Source: Lytechinus pictus | Lineage: Eukaryota | Direction of reading: 5' to 3' | NCBI RefSeq assembly: GCF_037042905.1 | Contig: NC_087252.1 | Coordinates: 1,614,001 to 1,678,000 of the forward strand | Length of the DNA stretch: 64,000 nt | Shown: piece after piece, positions 58,701-64,000 of the stretch | Layout of the letters: each line of letters opens with the position of its first letter | Position numbering within the stretch: position 1 is the stretch's first letter | Made by a program: the position numbers and the translations under genes | Notes under the pieces: model-generated | Databases searched by the model: none | What the model was told of the DNA's origin: nothing | Seen by the model: the letters and a program-made list of their open reading frames with translations, nothing else

Positions 58701-61700
58701 TACTCAGAACCAGCCAAGTAATTCATTGTCTCTGTCATTGCCTCAGAGCACAGATAGGATGATTCCAATCGAACAAAAGACGCCAGATTCATCCAAAGTA
58801 GCAACTACGCCTACTTCTGATGGCTTCCAAAGCTATATGTCACCTACCAGCTTCCCCTCGATCAGTAGCCTTTTAGAGCAAACTACCAGTGCAGAAAGAG
58901 AGGCTTCCATTTCATCACTTCCATCAAGCACACAAAAGGATGATTCTCCTACAAGTGGATTTACACCATCATCAAGTTTACCTTTCCAACATGGCTGGAT
59001 CTCACATCACTCCAAAGCTTCAGAGTTAGCTCGGGGAATACAACCAGCGAAATCACATTCTCCAGTCAGCACACCCTCCCTGATGAGTTCAACAAGCACA
59101 GCGCTGGCTACATCCACAAGCATGGCTGTGAGTACTTGCCCATCTGTAAATATCTCACCTCCAAACACGTCATTGCAGAGTTCAAATATGGGTAACGGAA
59201 GCAAATCTTCACCTCCACTTAACCTCCTCTCACAGCCTTGGTTGAATCCCTCAACGGATAACCTGTCAGATGCTGCAAGCCAGCCAGACTTGGGAAGCAC
59301 CAGCTTGCAACAACAGCAGCAATTAGTAGATATTCTCCAAGGATTCTCTGGCACCAAGGTGTCTTTAGCCTCTCAGGCCAACACAGAGGTCATGTCAAAT
59401 ACACAGGATATTCATAGTTCCCTACCCAAGTCCCAACCCTCACTGGAATCATTGTTTGGTTTGCCTCCCTTTGGTGAAACTCGACAGAGCACTCAGACGG
59501 TGTCAAATGGGGATCCTTTCCAAAGCATTTCAAGTATAATAGATTCAAATAAGACCAGATCCACTCCCGTCACCAGGGACAATTTCCTAGGACTTCCTCC
59601 GTATTCCATTCAAACTACTACTAGTTCTTCCGCCCCGGTTATGGAGCAGACTTCAGTTTTCCAAGAACCTCCTCTAGATCAAAGCAGGCATTCATCTTCT
59701 AGTAGTTCATCAAAGCCAAGTAATGCACCACCAAGTTATTCGCTGATAAATCGGGTGACAGCTGTAGTAGATAAATACAATGAACGGAAAGCCCCTACTG
59801 CTGCCAAGAATGTTCCGAAAGTGCCTGACATAAATCATGTAGAAAGCAATCCAGCAAATGAACAAGTGTTTGAAAATGTAACCCAGGAGAAAAATAGGAC
59901 TGTTTCCGAGATTGGACCAGTTACCAGCAATAGTCAGAGTCGCTACGTTCACCCAAAAAGCAGAGCATTGGCATCTGTTGCCATGCAAGAATCCTCTCCT
60001 GCAGTTCAAACAAATAGCAGTATGTTTGGTGCAGAAAAATTTCCCTCTGTACCTCAAGTGAAGCAAAGGAACACTAATCAGAAAAATGTAAATCCGAAGA
60101 AGTCTCAGTTACCAGTGAAAAACTTTTCAACGGCAACTCTCCATAGAACACTTACTGCTGATATTTCAGAAGAAGGTGGCTCGGAAAAGGACCAGAATGA
60201 GGAATTGGTAGCCCCCTTGCAGCCAGAACCACCACAGGAAGCATCCCAACAATTGCCATTTATTACAGTACCGGAGCAGCCTCAACATCACTCACAACAG
60301 CCTGCTGTCCAGTGTGTACAACCTGAGGCATCAGCTCCACAGCCGTCCACCAAAACAAAGAGCAAAGGTTCAAAGAAACGACAGAAAGAAAAGCCACCAA
60401 TCGAACCTCCAAAGCCAACGGATGAAGATAGTGTTGGGAGGAGAGAACTTGACAAGTCTCTAGTCAATAGGTTCCCTTGGCTTGCTGAAGCTAATGGAAA
60501 GTCGGGTGATAAACTGGCAGGGGGTACGAGCCAACAGACAAGCAATACTAATCCATCAGCATTTAGTGTCCAGAGCATCTCCCAAAGTTCTTCAAAGAGC
60601 TCTCTGCCGAAGTCTAGAGGGAATCCAATTCGTGCAGAAGTTGTCCAGAATCCACCTCCGTATCCTTCAAGATCTCCTGCAGTTTCAGCAGATTCTCACA
60701 ATCAATCTCTTTGGAATCCCTCAAGTTTTGATTCTAATCCTCCAGTATCTTCCGCTTCATCTTCAATGATCTCCCCCAAGCAAACCTCACAGGACAGGAC
60801 TCAAAGGCACCACCCCCTCAGCTCTGCTGATCAAAGCCATCAAAACAATCCAAATTCCATGAACACAACTCTACAAAATAGACAAAGTACTGGAAACAAT
60901 AGACCTCCAATGTATCAAGCATCAAGTTCAAATGATGTCCAGGCAGCTGTCAATGCTGCAGTCAACAAAGCAACACAGCAGGCACTTCTAGCAAGAAGCA
61001 TGGCAGGAAATCCTGCAGTTCCAGAGAAGAGCAGAAATGTTTCTTCGACGAAGAAAAGTTCACAGCGTCCAAAGGCCGGGGGTCCTAGTCAGATCTTGAG
61101 ACAATCAGATATAGATGATGGTCTTGACTTCTTGAACTCTACATCGACCAGTTCTAACTTTCCAACCTCATTGTCCTCTGTCAATATGGATATTTTTGAT
61201 AATTCCTTGGGGAGTTCCTCTATGATATCTAGGCCGTCTGAGCAACCTAGCCAACGATCTGGAGGTCGATCACGACCTGCAGACAAGCAATCCAGAGTTG
61301 ATACCTCTAATCCCAACACTCTGTTACAAAGTGACTTTTCTAGTGTTCCCCAAGATACATTCTCATTCTCACAGTGGAATCTAGAACCTCAACAGACTGA
61401 AGATAGGGAAAATGCGAGAGGTAATTCTCAAAAGATGCAAGAACTTGCTTCTCCCCCTATGCAGCAAATGCATCAACGTGGAGGTAATAACTGTGTGAAT
61501 GTAAACTTTGGAGATTCCTCAAATCTTGGGTCTGGTGATGATCTAGACTTCTCAAGTTTGCCTTCCTTTCCATCTAATCAGCAACAGCAGCAGCAGCACA
61601 CTCCATCTGATAGACAGACTCCTCAAAACCAATCCTATTCAGTACCAAGTGGAAGGTCTAGTGTGGCATCTATGGAACCAAGTCCAATGCAGCCTAGTCC

Positions 61701-62967
61701 TATGAATTATAATGTACAGGAAGGTAGCCATATGTCACAGATAAATGAGATGCCACATTCAAACTCTAGCAGTAGAGGTCCTCCTAGTGTTGAAACTCCT
61801 TCTCAGCAGCAGAGGAGAATGACACAGTCTCCTATGGTTCAGAGTAGCCACCAAGGACAAGGGATCAAGAGAGCAGCTACAGATGGGCATCACTTGAATG
61901 TGGCCAAGAAAGCACATGGTGCGATGCATTCTGGTCGCAGAGCTACCCAACAATCTAATCCTGAGTCAAGGCATCATTCTTCCATGCACAATAACCCACA
62001 GTCCCAAGGCCACAGCAATTTAATGCAGTTTCATTCATCCACTTCCAATACGCCCAACCAGTCATCTGAAAGTGTCTTTGCAGGCGGGGAAGTCCAGCGA
62101 ATCACGTACCCATCACAAGGCGGAGGCGGGAGAGTACAAGAAAGCAGTCGAACCAAGAAGCGAGCCCCAAACCCTTCAGACAGTATTTTTGCTCGGGATC
62201 CGCACGAGATTGATGGAACTCGCAGTACGTCCGTATCTCTGCTGCAAGATAACTGGTTTGGTAGTTCAGCTCGCATAAATACAACTAGTAGCAATGAGAC
62301 TGCACCACCGACATTCCTGCCCAATTTCCCCAGCTCTCAGACTTCCCAGGGCCAATCGGAGAGTGTTACATCATCTTCGTCCACTAGTTCATCTCTCATT
62401 TCAAACATCTCACCTTCTCGACGGTTGAGACAGAACGAGATGCCCACCTACCTCCCGTCCCATCTCCCAGGACCCATTCTTCCAAGTCCTCCACAAACCA
62501 AAGGAAGTCATACGCGGGAGACGGACATCGCTTCCTTCAATCCCATGTTCACACCTTCCCGGACAGCTGGCATTCACAGCATGACTGCCAATTTCCCAGT
62601 GTTTCACGAGCACCAACCTCCAGGCGGCTTCAACATCGCGAAGTCCAACCAACTGCCAGGTAGTGTCGCCCAAACCCCTTTCAACTTCAATAACATTTTT
62701 AATGAATCCTCCCAAGTGGCCTCGAGCACTCATGTCACAGATGCTCAAACGTTAAACCACAGCATTGGCTTGACCCCAACCGTCCACCTCCATGGGAATG
62801 CGTCGCTGCCCTCGGAGGAAAGTGTGCTTCATGGGAACATGAGTCAGAGACATCCTGCTCAGCCGTTTGGTCTGTTGGCTCAGAATCGCCCACCGATGGG
62901 AGTCCCAACGCCGATGGGTAGGCCTCACCATCAGTTTCATAGCTCTTCTTTCATGCACCACTACTGA
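43691..62967 (+). CDS. USF3: USF3/KIAA2018-like large bHLH protein, join(43691..43724, 51381..51468, 52488..52611, 54584..54680, 56192..62967), 2372 aa
   Basis: Exons total 7119 nt and are phase-consistent. N-terminal bHLH (HHAEIEKRRKSKLNEGINKL..SKVQIL), then a coiled coil (DEIKRLMEENAKLKKE..EFLK) and a >2200-aa Q/S/P-rich region in one giant terminal exon. This matches vertebrate USF3 architecture. Confidence 0.85.
48203..49263. mobile_element. TIR element (TAGGGACAGTGATTTTCCG) with an apparent 6-bp TSD TCTGTG, containing a nested SINE
   Basis: 19-bp perfect TIRs; TCTGTG at 48197-48202 and 49264-49269. Confidence 0.82.
48431..48735 (+). mobile_element. tRNA-derived SINE with CORE-like domain and (ATT)n tail
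   Basis: A box TGGCCCAGTGG, B box GGTTCGAATCC, second copy at 4717-5003. Confidence 0.88.
49427..50225. mobile_element. TIR element (GTGTTTATGCTTCC ends; PIF/Harbinger-like)
   Basis: Inverted termini; internal repeats of AGAACCACG(A/T)T. Confidence 0.7.
51381..51468 (+). CDS. USF3: USF3-like exon 2 (NTVQAALLTINAAGALETTFDTCTSTDIEG)
   Basis: TTTCAG acceptor, GG|GTGAGT donor, 88 nt, phase 1->2. Confidence 0.75.
52488..52611 (+). CDS. USF3: USF3-like exon 3, bHLH basic region and helix 1
   Basis: KRKSHHAEIEKRRKSKLNEGINKLIDILP; long T-tract + CAG acceptor; GTAAGT donor. Confidence 0.92.
53541..53980. mobile_element. Long palindromic MITE
   Basis: ~200-bp arms are reverse complements; central 23-bp tandem duplication. 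Confidence 0.8.
54584..54680 (+). CDS. USF3: USF3-like exon 4, helix 2 (SKVQILEDTYNLVVELQKKCQQL)
   Basis: SKxxIL helix-2 motif; TTCCAG acceptor, G|GTAAG donor; 97 nt. Confidence 0.92.
54741..55295. repeat. Tandem repeat, 3 copies of ~187-188 bp, in USF3-like intron 4
   Basis: GCAA(T/C)AAGAATAACACTGAC starts at 54746, 54934 and 55121. Confidence 0.92.
56192..62967 (+). CDS. USF3: USF3-like giant terminal exon (6776 coding nt)
   Basis: CTCTGCAG acceptor; phase 1 joins the 2251-aa ORF 56212..62967; K/D-rich NLS-like tract; Q/S/P-rich. Confidence 0.95.
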
Positions 62968-63643
62968 ATAAAATTCCCAGGGCCCGGTAAATACAAAGGT
63001 TATTGAATAATCGCTAATTTGAAAGATCAATTCTGATTGGTTCTTAGTCAGTCTACTGAGCAAAATGTGCATGGGAGGATGATCTTGATAGGCTATTTCA
63101 TTTAGCAATTAATCGCTAACCTTTTTTTTACGGGGCCATTATTATTGTATGACTGCTATCTTTATTCATCTGAAATATTAACTGCCAATCAGTTGAAACT
63201 GGTGCTTTGAAAGAAATAATCATATTGTAATATTCCCTTACATCCTGTTTTCACAAGATGAGGTAAATGAAGGGGCTTTCGATTTTTCACTCAGTCCCTT
63301 CTGATTTGTCCACAGGGTGCTAAGTATTTATGCATTTTCACTTTCAGGCTTTTTATCCAGGTTAGATACTGTAGCACCGAAAAATTGTTGAACAAAAAGT
63401 GATTTTTTTTTGGCGAGAGAAATTGATTCAATCGATTTCCATAAACAAAATTGTCATAAACTTTTTCCTAATTACAACATGAACCCATTTACCCAAAATG
63501 CACATGGCTAGTTGTTGACACATAAAACTGCCATGTATTTATTTCGCAGTGCGACAGTCTTTAATCTTCATTAAAGAACAGGATTTCTGCTAAATTGGGC
63601 AATAAATAGTTACCAGATTTCTTTTCAAGTAGATGATATCATT

Positions 63644-63735
63644 AGCTTCACATTTTGAACATGTTGTATGGATTCCCCAAGAGACTTCATGAGCTTCACA
63701 TTTTGAACATCTTGTACGGATTCCCCAAGAGGCTT
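63644..63735. repeat. 48-bp tandem duplication downstream of the USF3-like stop codon
   Basis: AGCTTCACATTTTGAACAT..GGATTCCCCAAGAG at 63644 and 63692. Confidence 0.85.
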
Positions 63736-64000
63736 TAGCCAAAGTTGGACTAAATGGGATACATCTGAAAATCTCCTTTATTATTTGAATTATCCATGCA
63801 TTAATTCTTTAAATTTTGAATAAAACAACTTATTGATCCTTTTTATTATACGCATGAAACTGTTTATTTTTCTTCATTGAAAACATTTGATATTGGACTT
63901 GCAGATGTACTGTATGTATCATTGATAACGGTCATTCGAAATTTTAGTCAATGGAAATTAATGTGTGTGATTAAATTTTTCTGTATGTGTATAGAAAATT

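Noticed and set aside
57042..63108. Antisense and alternative-frame ORFs over the giant exon
   Set aside because: Expected shadows of a long coding exon

Overview
AT-rich, intron- and repeat-rich animal genomic DNA. The USF sequence and repeat types suggest a sea urchin or other echinoderm (inference). I reconstructed three spliced genes by hand; all have GT-AG introns and consistent exon phases. (1) An uncharacterised 4-exon gene on the minus strand (13590->9053, ~301 aa) with a possible degenerate P-loop and six C-terminal 14-aa repeats. (2) The bHLH-ZIP factor USF, 8 coding exons on the minus strand (36707->20590, 299 aa), with a candidate alternative first exon. (3) A USF3/KIAA2018-like giant bHLH gene, 5 coding exons on the plus strand (43691->62967, 2372 aa, last exon 6.8 kb). 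USF and USF3-like are head-to-head with ~7 kb between start codons. The rest is many non-autonomous DNA transposons (TTAA, 8-bp, 6-bp, 2-bp and TAA target duplications), tRNA-derived SINEs, a LINE remnant, minisatellites and microsatellites. Most short ORFs in the track are spurious.
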